Below, piece after piece: positions 14,294-27,767 of a stretch of DNA of 64,000 nt. The stretch covers positions 62,001 through 126,000 of the forward strand of contig JAVKOQ020000085.1 in assembly GCA_031835245.2 (NCBI GenBank), read 5' to 3'. The notes under the pieces were generated by a model. That model did not search any database and was not told where the DNA came from. It saw only the letters and a list, made by a program, of their open reading frames with translations. A program made the translations under genes and the position numbers. Source of the stretch: Balamuthia mandrillaris. Its lineage: Eukaryota. The stretch's first letter is position 1. The number at the start of each line of letters is the position of its first letter.

Positions 14294-17200
14294 GCTCGGC
14301 CCCCTTTTTGCTGCACTACTGGTTGTAGGCAACAAGGTAGACCTGACGGATGAGGATGTGCACACCGTAGCTGGCGTCTTGATCATGTTCTTTCGCAAGC
14401 TGCCCAACCCCCTGCTCACCTATGAGCTGTACCAATGCTTCAGGGCTGCTACAGGTTTGCGTTTGAGACACACTTAGAAGAACCTCTCGTTTTGTCTTCC
14501 AAAAAAGAGCTAACGAAGAGGGGGCGGCACACAGATGTGGAAGACACAGAGGCAAGACTGGAGTGCACTCGCCAGTGCTTGGATCTTTTGCCAGCTGGCA
14601 ACAAGGCCGTGCTGCGTCGTCTCATGGGCCTCCTGAAACGGGTGGACGAGAACAAGGAGGTGACCAAGATGGACTCTGGCAACCTGGCCATCGTCTTTGC
14701 CCCAACCATGCTGCGCTGCCCGGACACGGAAGACGACGTTGGCGCGCTGTTGGGGGACTCTATGCACGCTCATCGCCTTCTGGAGGACTTTATCACTCGC
14801 TTTGACGACCTCTTTGACGTGCAAAAGCGCATCCCTTTGAACCAAAAGTTGGATCCCAAGCAACAGGCCGAGTTCTACGACACCCTGAAGCGAGGCAGCG
14901 TTAGCCTGGCCTCTGCTCTGCTGAGAGATAACGAGGACGACTTTGATGGGTGGGAGGGAGGGAGCGATGGCGGCGCTCCACCCACCCCAACAGGGGTCAA
15001 CAAAACAGCAGCGGAGGCCGCATCCCCACCGAATAGCAACAGCGGCTCGGGCATTGCCTCGCCTTCTTCTCCAATCCCAATCCCACCTTCGGGATCAGGA
15101 GGCGGAGGCACAGAGGAGGAGCTCGAAGGGTTTTCCACGTCGTTGGAGATTGGAGAGAGCCCGTTTGGGCCAGGTATACCCTTGTATACTGAGGAGGATG
15201 AGATTAAAAAGAAACGAGACAAGCTGCTGCGGGCCATAAAAAACTACAAGAAGCACGAAACCAGCATGAACGCGACCACTTTGACTGTGCCAATGCTGGA
15301 CTCGATCGTTTCGTCGTCGCTACCGCTGACAAAGTCGTCTCCGGCTGTTGGAAAACTGAAAGAAGAAGAGGAAGAAGAATCAATGAGCCGCCGAAGGCTG
15401 ACAGCTTCCTCCAATGAGCATCATCTCTCTCTGCAGCACCATCGCCAAACACATGTTGACGAAGTACAACAGCGAAGAGCAGAGAGAAAGAGTGGCGGTG
15501 AAGAGCATCCGCAGGAACAACGTGAACAGCAAGGCGGGAAGAAAGCGCAAAGAGGAAGCAAAGAAAAGCGTACATCAGCCGAGAAAGCCTTGGATTTAGT
15601 TGCGGCAAAGGAACAACCGGCTTTATCCCCTTCTCTCGCACATGATAGCATTGGGTTTTGTTATCTCGACCGAAGGAGAACCAATCAGTTTAAACACCAA
15701 CAGCAACAGCAACAACAACAGCAACTGCAACAGCAAGAAGGAGTAACACAGGTGAATGAACGTGGCGAAGCAGCTACCAAAGACTTTCACGAATGGAGAG
15801 ATAAAGTGTTGAACCGAGTCACAGCAGAAAAAGGCGGAGGGAGTGGTAGTGGGAGTTGTGACAAAGCAGCACTGAGCTCACCTTCTCAACCATTCGACGC
15901 TGTTTCCATCTACTCGCCCATTTTAAGACATAGAGGATGTTCAGAGCCTGGAAGGTTGGCAAGGAAGAAAGTGCTCAGTAAGAAACAAGGATCTGCCATC
16001 GAACAAAGGCGTAATATCACTCTCACTGTTTCTCATGCGGAAAAAAGCTCTGAGGCGAAACAACAACACCAACAACAACATCTACGAGAACAGGTTGCGG
16101 CAACACATAGCACGAATGGACCACCAGCATTTAAGTCTACCCCAAACGAGGAAGGCGAAGGGGGCAGCGATAGTGACACTGAAGCGGGGCAAGGAGATTT
16201 GGAAGGAACAGACGGAGCAGAAGCAGATGGAGTACTGTTTGGAAATGCATATGCGCGACCAGGAGGAATAAATCTAAGCGGCAGTGGTGGCCTTCAAACC
16301 GTTCGAAGAGGAGGCAGCACCATTCTGAAGGGCAAAGGAGGCAGCCTCGGCAGAGCGGAAGGAAAAGATATCATTCAGCAGCAGCAACTACTGCAAGACG
16401 AAGATCAAGAAGACGCATTGCTTGGGCACAATGCACCACCTTTGTTAGAGTGGCTTTCAAAGACTCCCTCCAAGCTGTTAGCAACACTCGGCAGCGAGGA
16501 TGCGGGGCTGTCTTCAGGGGATGAGGCGGAGCAGGAATTTCGCCAGCGGCTGTTGAATGCCAAGAACGTGTTCATGACCCAGGGTGCCAACATCACCAAA
16601 CGAGGGAGAGCGTCTCGAGCGGTGCCTTCGCCGGCGTCCTCCACAGAAGGTGATGCGCTGCGAAAGGACACTCTCTCGAGCATAACAAGCAAAGAGGATG
16701 TTGGAGAGTACTTACAACAGCAACAAGAAGAAGAAGAAGACGACGAAGAGGAAGAGGATGATATTGACGAATTGGAGGAACAAGAAGAGGAAGAGAACGA
16801 TCAAGAAGAACTGGTTGATAGGAAGAAGGAAGCGAAAGCGGGTTATAAGAGACAGTGGCTAACGAGTATATCCTCTCCTCGCAGCCTTCCAAATCCATCG
16901 ATTGTAGAAGAAGGCGACGAGAATGAAACAACAAAAGAGAGCAAACGAGCAGAGACCGTATTTTCTCTCCAACAAAACAAGCAGCGACAGCGGAAAAACA
17001 CCACCGAACAAACGTTAGAAGAGAATGAACAAGAGGGGGAACTTGTTGCGGATGCACTGGAGGGCGAGGAGACAGAACTTTTTGAGGGAGAGGAACCAAA
17101 CGGAGACGAAAACCAAATCACCTCCAACTCGAAGAAAAAGTCTCGCAAGTTTGCTCTTCGTCTCAAGAACTCCATAACCAAACGGAACAAGACAAAAAAG

Positions 17201-18289
17201 ACCCATAGGCAAAACACATCCGCTGTCTCTTCCACAACTACGAACACTACCGCCAATGCAGCTCCCAAAAAGCTGAGAGCTTCTTCTTCTCCATCATCTG
17301 CTTCTTCCTCCTCTCCTCCTTCCTCTCCTTCTTCTGCCAGAGCCCACAACACCGCTGCCTCTACCCAAAGAAAGCAGACAACCCCTCTCCAATCATCTCA
17401 GCCTTTTGTTTCACCACGCTCACCCAATTCTGCTGTTTCTTCTGCTTTTCCTTCTTCTTCATATAACCCTTCTTCTACTATTGTGGAACTAGCACCCACT
17501 TCCCTCTCGCTATCACCAAATGCCGCCTCTTTAGGTTTAACCTCCTCATTATCCTCATTAAAAGCAACAACAGATATCATGCCAACTGCCGATAGTACAA
17601 ACCACAACACCACCAACGTCGAAGCAAATAACAGCATCCAAAGAGAGTTTTTGAAAGCGTTAAGTCCTCGTCTCCAAATGAAGCAACAGACTTCGAGTCC
17701 TCGAACCGAACCACAAATAGCAACATCAGTGGAAAAAGCAACAGAGGAGGAGAGAGCAGAGCTGAATCCGCGTTCGTCAGCTCTTGCTCATCGGGCGCGA
17801 CTTCAACAAATCTATTGCACTTCGGATGACAATACGCCATCCTCCTCCTCCTCATTCTCTTCCTCTTTGCCAGCATCCTCAGACGATTTTACTTCAAAAT
17901 CATCTCCTTCCTCTTATTCTTCACCAACATCGTCATCCTCTGCTTCTTCCTCTTCCTCTTCGTCTCCCTCTTCATCATCTTCTTCATCGTCTTCTTCTTC
18001 CAAGGGAGAAAATTCTGATTTTTCTGAACAAACATATCAACAACAAAATACCTCAACAAGTACACAAAACGAAAAAATGAAAGGTACATCCTTTCTTATG
18101 GCTCTTTTTTTCTTCAACTGATTTTTCTCTTCTCTCTTCCTCTCTCTTTGTGATATCCCAGAGAAAGCAATTACTTTGGAGCAAATACGAAACAAATATT
18201 TGGTAGGTATTCCTGAAGAACACAAACGACGAGCAGAAGCCGATATCATTCGATACTTGGAAGCTACTGGCGTTGTAATTCGCCATTAA
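13773..18289 (+). CDS. RhoGAP-domain protein with a long disordered C-terminus (start uncertain)
   Basis: GLRTEGIFRLSG arginine finger, HTVAGVLIMFFRKLPNPLLT, KMDSGNLAIVFAPTMLR; last exon 18161-18289. Confidence 0.88.
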
Positions 18290-18363
18290 ACTAACAAACA
18301 AGCAAACTTAGCTTCTTGTTGTAAAATAATATCAAAAAAGTTATATACAAACAAAAGACTTTT

Positions 18364-20136
18364 TTACTTCATCAACGAGAGTCCTCCGTTTTTCTTCTTA
18401 GTATTGTTTTGAGTGGAGGAGGAGGATAAAAAGCTCTCTCGACATTCTTCATCCCGAAAGATCTCAAAGGTAGGTCTTGCTGTTGTTCTTATGGAAGCAG
18501 GTGATGATGCTTCGCTTTCATTTTGTGGCAACTGTGAAATAACAACAGTTACAAACAAGAACGGAAAAAATGTAACAGAATATAGAACGCACCGAGACGG
18601 TGTTCCATTTGGAAGGCAACAACACGTTCTCTTTGTGTTTCTCTTTCAAGTTGGGCAGCTCCTTCCACTGGCCCTTCAATGCGGTGGTTGAAGTAGTTGT
18701 TGCAGAAGAAGACGACGACGGCAAACTACTGCTTTCATCCTCACTTTGATGAATGTGACGAGCTCTTTCGCACTCCTCATCAATGTAGATGTTCAATGCT
18801 GTGGCGTTGGTGCTGTTGCTTCTGTTTGTTGCAGAAGATGATGTTGCTTTGTTTGTGGTCTGCCTTGGCTTCAAAGTGGTGCTAGCTCCTCTTCTAGAGG
18901 CGGAGGCTAATGGAGGTAAAGAAGATAGAGAAGAAAGTGGGCGAACAGCAGTAGAGGAAGTGGATGAAGAAGCGCTGATTCGTGTGACTGACGCAGCAGA
19001 AGAGCGTTGCGTGGTGGCAGAGGAAAGAAGAGGAAGGGCTTGTCTGCTGGTCGTTAAACCTCTGTTCATTGTTGAAGTCGCTCTGTTGGCAAGCGCTCCT
19101 CTTCCTCCTATCAACGACGAAGAGGAAGAGAGGTCACGAAGAACGGGTCGTGGTCGTGAAGAGGATGATAAAGGAGCATTGTTTTCGTCATAGACAGCTG
19201 ATGAGGAAGAGTCGTTCTCACCGCTGTCGCCATCTCTTTCGGCCACTTCTTTGGCCAACATTCGCTCCGTTTGTCTTTGTTGGAAACGATCAAAGGACTG
19301 TTGAAGGTGATCCAGTGGTTGTGCTCCACTGTTCCAACCCAAAAAAAAAAAAAAAAAAAAGTGATCATTCTTTGAGAAGAGGGAACAAACAAACCGAAGA
19401 AAGAAGAAAGCACGAAGAAGAAGAAGACAGAGAAGAAAAGACCTACCGGGTGATGCCCAATACAAAAGTCTTCTCAGCCGCAGCATAGTTGCGTTGAGCC
19501 TCGAGGGCGGCCGCCCATTCCTCGTAGAAGAGGCTGTGCTTCGTACCGATCTCATTGTTGTTGAGGAAACTGAACACGTCGTTGGCTTCTCTTTGATGAT
19601 CCGCCTTTTAAACATAAAAGGTACTGAGTTTTGTTTAGAAAGAAAAATTTTAAAAAAACGTACATAGAGTAGCCAAAGCTTAAGGAAGCGAATGTTATCG
19701 TGAAAGAGAGCCACTTGTTTCAGCTGCTTGGTGCATCGCTCCAGAGCGGGCACCAACAAGTGCATCGGCGACTGCGTTGGATGCGTCTGTTGGATCCACT
19801 CCACATAGCGGCACCACACGTCAAGAAGCTCTTCCGGTTGGCATGCTCCCAACCGTTTTTCAAACTCTCTTCAAACAACAAAACGAGATTAAATAAACAA
19901 AAAAAAATAGAGGAAGAATAAAAGTACTGTTTCTCTAGTTCTATTTGAGCGTTCAGTTCTTGCTTGTCGACGCTGCCCCCATAAAGCTGGTTGAGCTTCG
20001 AAGCCAGCCTGCCGCTCTTCAACGGCTGCATGTTCTCCTTGTCATCCTCAAAGTCGGCAAGGTTAGCCACCGCTTTGGGCGCCCGCTCCTCCGATGCCTC
20101 GAACACCACCGCCTCTTTGGTCACTTCCAATATCAT
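18364..20136 (-). CDS. MAD3: Mad3/BubR1-type spindle checkpoint protein without a kinase domain
   Basis: N-terminal KEN box (KENMQPLKSGR), TPR domain (LLDVWCRYVEW..RFLKLWL), ABBA-like LNIYIDE, second KEN (KENVLLPSKW), ABBA-like FEIFRDE. Confidence 0.85.
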
Positions 20137-20238
20137 TTTTTTTTCTTTTTTGGTTCTTTCGTGTTGAATAAAAACTGCACAAAAAAAATACTATCTGTCA
20201 CCACCGCTATAGAACATCTTCCGATGTAACGTCTACTA

Positions 20239-20263
20239 TTTTGGGCGGGAAAATCGTCGACAA
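20239..20263. promoter_or_regulatory. E2F-like site plus GTCGAC composite upstream of MAD3
   Basis: TTTTGGGCGGGAAAATCGTCGACAA; near-identical element upstream of CAP-G. Confidence 0.5.
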
Positions 20264-20386
20264 AATATTCAAAAGCGTCGACATGAAAATAATGTTCGTC
20301 GGTTATTTCACGTCGACATGAGATTGGAAATGGAAATTTCAGAGTTTACTTTTTTCTTTCTATTAAAAACTGTATACTTGTTTTTT

Positions 20387-23300
20387 TTAAAAAAACATGA
20401 CGCCCGTCCATCTTTGAAGGAACGAACCGTCTTTCTCTTCCAGCTGTTGCATTTCGCTCCAGGCGGGGTCCACATAAACCGTTTCGGAGACGTGCTCGAA
20501 CAGAACGGCAGCGATCCAGAGAAGAAGAGCAATGCCTCCAAAAAACACGAGAAAGAAGAACAGCAACGACGAACGTCGATAGTGACGAAGACAAGAAACG
20601 ATCCATCGAGAGAGAGTCAAGCCCAACGTCGGAAGGAAAAGGACCAACGATGTGGTGTCTCCGAATAACTCGATCACGATCAGCATCGAGCAAACGACTA
20701 GAAGCTCAAACGATCGGAGGAACAAGAAGAGGAACGGAGGGTGAAGCCGGTTGAAGTTAGAAGCAGAGGGAGAATGAGTTCGATGAGAAGATGAAGGGGT
20801 ATTAACACGAGAGGATGAACCGATGTTGAGAAAAGTGGTAGTGGCTGTTTTCCAACGTCTTCGCCACGACGAAGAAGAAGAGGTTGGCGATGACAAAGAA
20901 GACCCTGAAGTAGAGGAAGGAGGAAAGTAAAAGATATCGTCGAGCTCCTTTTTCGGTTGTCGAAGTTTTGGTAAGAGATCGTTGTTGCTATGGTTCTCGC
21001 CAAGAACGATGCTCACAAATGCCCAAATACGAAGCACCAGCCACAGCATTGCTTTGAAAGAATATAGATTAGGAGAACAAAGAATTAAGAATGAAGAACG
21101 AAGCAAGCACAGCAAAGACAGAAGACAGAAGACAGAAGGAGAAAGAACGAAGAAAAAGAATAAGAGCGGATCAACAAACTGTAACAAGAAAGCGCCCAAG
21201 AAGGTCCCAAATAGATGACCACCCGATTGTACGACATCTCACCATCTTCCACTGTATCCAGCCGATCCATCATTCTGTACAAACTTACATCCAACGCCAA
21301 AAATATCAACACCTCCATTCCAACCTTCCAACCTAGATTCTTCTTGAAGAGAGCACATAAGGAAGAACGAGTCGAAGAACGTGGAAGACATGCAGCTACA
21401 GGCAACGACATATCATCCTTTCTTCTTCTTTTTCGTCTTCCTTCTTCTAATTCTTCTTCATCTTCATCTTCTTCTTTCGTTTTGCGCTCACGTAGCCCGA
21501 CGTTTGTTGACGTTCGCAGTTTCCTGTTGTGTTCCTTGTTTTGGTTGTTGCGTTGTTGAATCCACAACAAAGCAAACAGGAAGGAAAGAGTGGAGCGAAA
21601 GATGGGAGTGACGAGAGAAGTAGAGGAACTGGGATGATAGTCGTATGGGCGAAGGCTGGAGCGAGTGTCAGCAACGTTCAAAAGGTACTCTACTTCCTCG
21701 TCAAACATTGTTTTACCGAACCACTTTTGATGATCTTCCATTATTGCTGCTCGCAGGTGTTTGCTTTCCAGTGGAAAACAATGTTAGCAAAGTGAAAAGG
21801 AAAAACAGAGAGAGCGAGAGAGAGGAAAGACAGAGATAGAGAGAAGAGGAGAGCGACGACATCGAGATCGAGAGAGAGAAAAAAGAGAACAAGGAAAAAC
21901 CTGTGACTCAAAATACGATGACGAATGCTCCGACTGTTCAAAGGACCATCTACCAACAATCTCAGCGTCTCCTGCTTGCAATACTCTTTATACTCGGGCA
22001 CCTCCAGCAACCGCCGGAACATCCATCGCGGCTGCAACAACGGCCTGCAAATTTCTCTGACCTCCACATCCACTCTTGTCGGCACTCCAAACTTGCCGAA
22101 ACTCGTATCTCCGTCCAAGTTGACAACCACGAAGGGAGAAAAGGGGATCGAAGACGACGAAACAGCACGATAAAAGAAGAAGTTGTTTTGATGGTCCAAG
22201 TTGAGAGCCCACATGTTGACGATGTGAAATGCAAAGAAGGAGCGAAGATCCAACATTTTGCCTTCCAAATGTTTTCGAATGAAACGGTAACCGAAGGAGC
22301 CGTTTCTTTCTTCATCTTCATCTTCTGCTTCTTCATCCCTATACTCTTTTTTCAGTTCTTCTTTGCTGGAAGGAATGGACTTGAGAAGTGTTCGGAGCTC
22401 TTTACAAGCCTCTCTGTGACCACACGATCTTCCAAAGTAAGCTTTTCCTTTGAGCTTGCCGCTAAATGCGTCAATATCCGCTTCGTTGTTGCGCAACTCT
22501 CTCCAAAGCGGTCTATCTTGGAGGCTGTGTGCCATCATCATGTTCTCATCGATAAACTCGTTGGCAACGTACAATCCAACATATTTGGTATCTAACGTTG
22601 AAGATGAGGATGAAATAGCGGAAGGAGGAGAAGAATGGGACAGTGAAGAAAGAAGCTGATAAGATGCAGATGAGGAAGAAGCAACAAAGAAGAGACGAAA
22701 GAAACGAGTGCGTGGAGCGTAGCCACCAGCTGCTCGAATCAAGTCATTGACGAGTTTGTTGCGAAGGAACGTGCCATCCAAATACTCGCTCCGAAGTATC
22801 ATCTTCTTTTGATGCATTTGGAGTATCGCCGTTTCTTTTGCGGTGTCGATGCTGTTTTGGTGGAAGAGGTATGCTGTCTTCTTTGCTTTGGCCGAAGGAA
22901 GCGTTTGGCCTTTTCTGTTCTTTGCTTGCATTTCCTTTCCTTCTCCATCCCGTTCTTCTCCTGGTGTTTGTTTGAGCCGTGCGACTTGCTTCCCTCCGAA
23001 AAAGTCTATGGACAAAACTGGGCTTGTTCGTTCTTCTTCCGTTTTGTTTTCCTTCATGTTGCGGTGAAGTACTGCTTCTTCTTTTTCGTTGTGAAGCAAA
23101 GCAGCAGTGATAAAGTTTTGATCGTTTGCGGAAAGGAGAAGCTGGAAAGACTTTTTGCGATATCGCAAAGAGCTGAAGCCATTCACCGCGATCTTGCCTC
23201 CCAGTTGAAACCCTTTCACTTCTCCCTCGTCTTTCACCTCTTCTGTTTCTTCATGCCAGTAAAAAAGTAAGGAAGAAAGAAAGAAGAAGAAGAAGAGGAA

Positions 23301-23692
23301 GAGGAAGAGGAAGAAGGGAAGAAGAAGACGGATGAAGAAAGCATACGCGAAATATTTGACGGAAAGAACAGCAATTGACACTCCTTGAAGAGGGCGGTGT
23401 CATGCGCTCGCCACAGCAGCTCCCAGTCCTCCTGCGGCATGACCACGTAGAGGTCGTACAACGGCAGAGGGGGATCCAGCAGCAACGCCTCCCGCCTCGC
23501 CGCGGTGGCGGCGGTCGTGCCGTGCGTCACGTCAAGCTCGGGCAGCACAAAGTGGGTGGCAATGTTGGCCTGGGCGGCCTCCCTCCACGCCCTCAGCGGT
23601 CGCAAGGCCACACAACCGCTGTCCAACGTGGCCAAGTGAAGCAGCAGCACCCAAACGGCGAAGGAGGGGAAGAAGGACCACCGCCGCTTCAT
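20387..23692 (-). CDS. CotH-family secretory-pathway kinase with a probable C-terminal multi-pass membrane region
   Basis: Signal peptide, IAVNGFSSLRYRKKSFQL, LRSEYLDGTFLRNKL, YAPRTRF, YVGLYVANEFID, LDHQNNFFFY, NLDGDTSFG; joining of the C-terminal exons is inferred. Confidence 0.75.
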
Positions 23693-24197
23693 GTTTGCAT
23701 TAAAGTAACGCCTCAAAAAAAATAAAGGTCAAAGTGTTTGATGGGAACAGGCGAAAAAAAAAATTCGACGAAAAAAGGCGAAAAGTCGGCGATTAATTGC
23801 CTTTTACCTACTTTTTATGGAAATAATTCAAAGAATTTTTCGCATTAAATCGGATACGTGGCTTAATAATTATTCCTTGTATTATAAATAACGATCAACA
23901 ATCGGAACAAAATGAACAACACAAAGAAAGAAAGTAGTAGTAGTAGCGGGCGGTGTCCCCCAAACAAACAACAAAAAAAAATTTTTCAAAGATTGAATGA
24001 AAACAAAGGAGGGAGTAAGGTAGGTATGTACAAAAAAACCGAGAGAAACAGAACAAAAGAAAAAAAGAAAAAACGAGAGAGAAAGAGTGAGCAAAAAAAA
24101 AAAAAAAAAAACACCCGATTCCTGATGAGAATCCCCTTCTTCCTCTCTTGTCCTTGCTGTCTGTATGTCTTTCTTTCTTGTCTTTTTTTTTTTTTGC

Positions 24198-24618
24198 TTA
24201 CAGTTCAAGCAAAACGAGGAACAGGCTGATCAGGGTGGCGACAAATGTGAAGACGGAGAGGACCAGTATGCCCCATTTGTTGGGCTGGAAGTGGCCCCTT
24301 TGCAGCAGGTGGAAGACGTGGTAGTAGCGGTAGGAGGAGATGAGCACGCAGAGAGCCCCTATGGCCACGTAGCAGAGGGCGCCTATGTGGGACTTGTCCA
24401 TGAACAAGTTAAACCTGTTCGGACCGAGGCAGAAGAGGATGAGAAAGAGGGAGGAAGAAAGCAGAGAGAAAGAAGAGGGAGACAAAAAAAAACCGAGCAA
24501 TGAGTACACCAGAGACGATGCAGCCAAGAGAGGTTCTGGTCCATGCCTCGAAGGTGCGTTCGTTGGCCTGGGTGCTCTCGTCCCCTTTATGTTGGTCATT
24601 GTAGAAGACCCAATCCAT
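24198..24618 (-). CDS. DUF202 (YidH/VTC1-like) small membrane protein, 2 exons
   Basis: ANERTFEAWTRTSLG motif followed by hydrophobic helices. Confidence 0.8.
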
Positions 24619-24876
24619 TTTTTCTTGCTTCTCACCAGGCCAAAGCAAACCAATGTATTCTTCACCGCTTCACTTTCTTTTTCTTTCTTTTTTAAGGCGA
24701 TCTCCTTAAAGTTTCGCTTGAGGAGGCATCCTTCTGTGTGTAGCCCATACTCGCCCTGGAGAACAAGTGTCGACCGGAGAGAAAGCGAAACGAATGGACA
24801 GATCAACTTATCGGAAACTTGGAAGTAGATCAGTAATCGAAAGAAAAGAAGAAGAAAGAGAAGGCAGAAAAAAAGA

Positions 24877-25657
24877 ATGCAAAGAACAGAAACAGGAATA
24901 AAGGTTCCATTTGTTTTTTATTTATTTGTATTAACGTTGATGGTTACCTCCTTGTACCTCTTTTTTTGTTTTAAAAACACACTTCTTCTAGGTGGCAGTG
25001 GTAGGATGTAGTCACGGTGAGTTGGATCAAATCTACAGCTCCATTCTGCACATCCAGGAGTGCTACGGCATTACCATCGACTTGCTGCTTTGTTGTGGAG
25101 ATTTTCAGGTTTTTATTTTTATTTTATTTGTGGCTTATCTCTCCTTTAAAGTAACAAACTCGACGTTCTTCCTTTTGTTACCGTTAACCAGGCAGTACGA
25201 AATTTGGAGGACCTCAACTCGCTGAGTTGCAAGCCGACCTATCGGCGTATGAACACCTTCTACAAGTACTACTCTGGGGAGATGACCGCACCGGTCCTTA
25301 CCCTCTTCATCGGAGGCAATCACGAGGCTTCCAATCATTTGGCCGAGTTGTAAGCAGCTACTTCCACTTCTTCTCTATCTCTCTCGTTCTCTCTTTGTCT
25401 TGCTTCCTTCTTCTGTCTTTTCTCGTTTTCTGCTCTCGTTCTTTCTTCAGCTCGCTTACGCCTATGAGAGGTATTATGGAGGATGGGTTGCGCCCAACAT
25501 ATACTACATGGGTGCTGCTGGTGTGCTGAACTTTGCAGGCCTGCGCATCGCCGGTATTTCTGGCATTTTCAAAGGGTATGACTACCGCAAAGGTTTGTTC
25601 CTTTTTTTAAAAAAACATTCTTTCTTCCTTTTAAGCTTCATTTCTTAACTCTCTGTC

Positions 25658-25740
<83 letters not shown>

Positions 25741-25760
25741 CTCTTTCTTTCTTTCTCTCT

Positions 25761-25800
<40 letters not shown>

Positions 25801-27358
25801 AAGGCCATTTTGAGCAACGGCCATTTAGTGAAGGAGAGTTACGAAGTGTCTATCATGTAAGAGAGTATGAAGTGTGGAAGATGCTGCAGATAGCTCAACC
25901 TATTGATATTTTCATGTCTCATGACTGGCCTCGCGGTATCGCACGCTATGGCAACACCCATCAATTGCTTCAATGGAAAACGTTTCTTCGTCCTGAGGTT
26001 CTCTCTCTCTCTCATGTTCTCTCGCTCTCTCGCTCTCTTTGTGCTTGTTGATTATTCTACTTCTTCTCTTTCTTCTTCTTGTTGGCCTATGGCTAATGTT
26101 CATGCAAAAAGGTTGAAAACAACACATTAGGTTCTCCTGGTTCAGAACAGCTGTTACACACACTGAAGCCGAGGTACTGGCTTTCAGGTCACATGCACGT
26201 CAAGTTTGCTGCCATTGTGAATCATCCCTCTTCTGGTGATGCTGATCGTGCTACCACCAAGTATTTAGCACTGGATAAAGTAGGTCCAAGAAAAGACTTC
26301 CTTCAGGTATTATTCCTTTCCTTTTAACCCATGTCGTTTGTTTTTTTCTTTCGTGTTCTACTTCTCCTTTTGTTCCGCTCTATGCCATTATTCTTTTTTT
26401 TTTTTCATTGTCTTAATTCTTTTTTCGAATGCATTGCAGATATTACATTTTCCAGAAGCAACGGAACCCAAAAAGTTGCTTTATGATGTAGAATGGATGG
26501 CAATTCTTCGTTCTACTAACCACCTATACTCCTTTTCTCCCTCCACTGTTCAACTGCCATCTCGTGACTGGAGTCCAAAACGGTTTGTTTGCCCTTTTAT
26601 CTTTTTTTTTTTTCTTTGTTTGTATTTGTGTGTTGATTCTTTCGTTAACTATCAACTCCAAAAAAAAAAAAAAATAAATAAAATCGTATAGGTATAACTT
26701 TACTCCTACGCCCGAAGAGCTTCAATGGGTAGAGGAACGACTTTCAAGTTGCAATGCTGGTCGGGACGTGCCAAATAACTTTGAGCGAACAGCACCAATT
26801 TATGGTACACCTTCTCTTTTCATTTCGTGTTCGCAATATGAGACTAGTGCTCACTTCCGTTTTCTCCTCTTCTTATTCCCTTGTCAACAGCGCCAATGAA
26901 TGATAGAGAACAAAGACTGCCGTTACAGACAGAATCCCAACCAAACCCTCAACACACTTCATTTCTAAAACTTTTGGATCTTCCAGATATCTTTCATGCA
27001 CCCGATTCTCTTTTGCCACAAGGTTTGCTACTTTGTGTTATTCATTCTATTTTCGTTTCTTTCTTTTTTTCTCTCGTTTTGTTTACACCGGCATATTATT
27101 ACAGACGATCTACATAATCCAGAAGAGATAAATCTTGACTTTGATGAAGCAGAAGAAGAAGAAGAAGAAGAAAAAGAAGAAAAAGAAGAAGAAGAAGAAC
27201 AAACAAAAGAAGAAGCGCATTTCACCAATCCCGAAGAAATTAACCTGGAGTTTGATGAAGAAGAAGAACAGCCAACAGAAGCAGCAAAACCACAAGAAGC
27301 GGAATGCATCGCCAATCCCGAAGAAATCTATCTCGACTTTGATGAAGAAGAAACATGA
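24877..27358 (+). CDS. DBR1: RNA lariat debranching enzyme
   Basis: [65 protein letters not shown]. Confidence 0.96.
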
Positions 27359-27648
27359 AAAAAAAAAATAATAAAGAGAAAATAGAAAGAAAGAAAGAAA
27401 CCAGCTTTCTTTTCCAAACAAAAGGTTAAATAAAATATCAAAAAATAAAGTCTCAGCCAAAGAAATTGGTTTTTCATAGCGTTTAGGAATTTACTCAAAC
27501 CTATCATTTATTTAACCATCACCGACTTTATTTCTTCCTCTCGCTCTCTTTTCGGCTTCAAAGTCTCGGCGATAACAATACAGTTCTCCCCCATAAATAC
27601 AAATATTTCCCCCGTTTCTCTTTTTATTATGGGAATAGCGTCAACCAC

Positions 27649-27767
27649 GTCGACCTTGAGGTAAACGGATGTGTGCTTAAATCCTGTCGACAAATAATGA
27701 CGTGTTGAAATTATTTCAGTCGACAGAATCGGAAGATTAGTTACTGTCGACGTGATTAACTGTAGAC
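27649..27767. promoter_or_regulatory. Cluster of four GTCGAC palindromes (plus one GTAGAC) upstream of the EEP gene
   Basis: GTCGAC at 27649, 27686, 27719 and 27746. Confidence 0.4.

Noticed and set aside
23250..23346. Apparent frameshift in CotH
   Set aside because: Resolved by a GTATGC...AG intron
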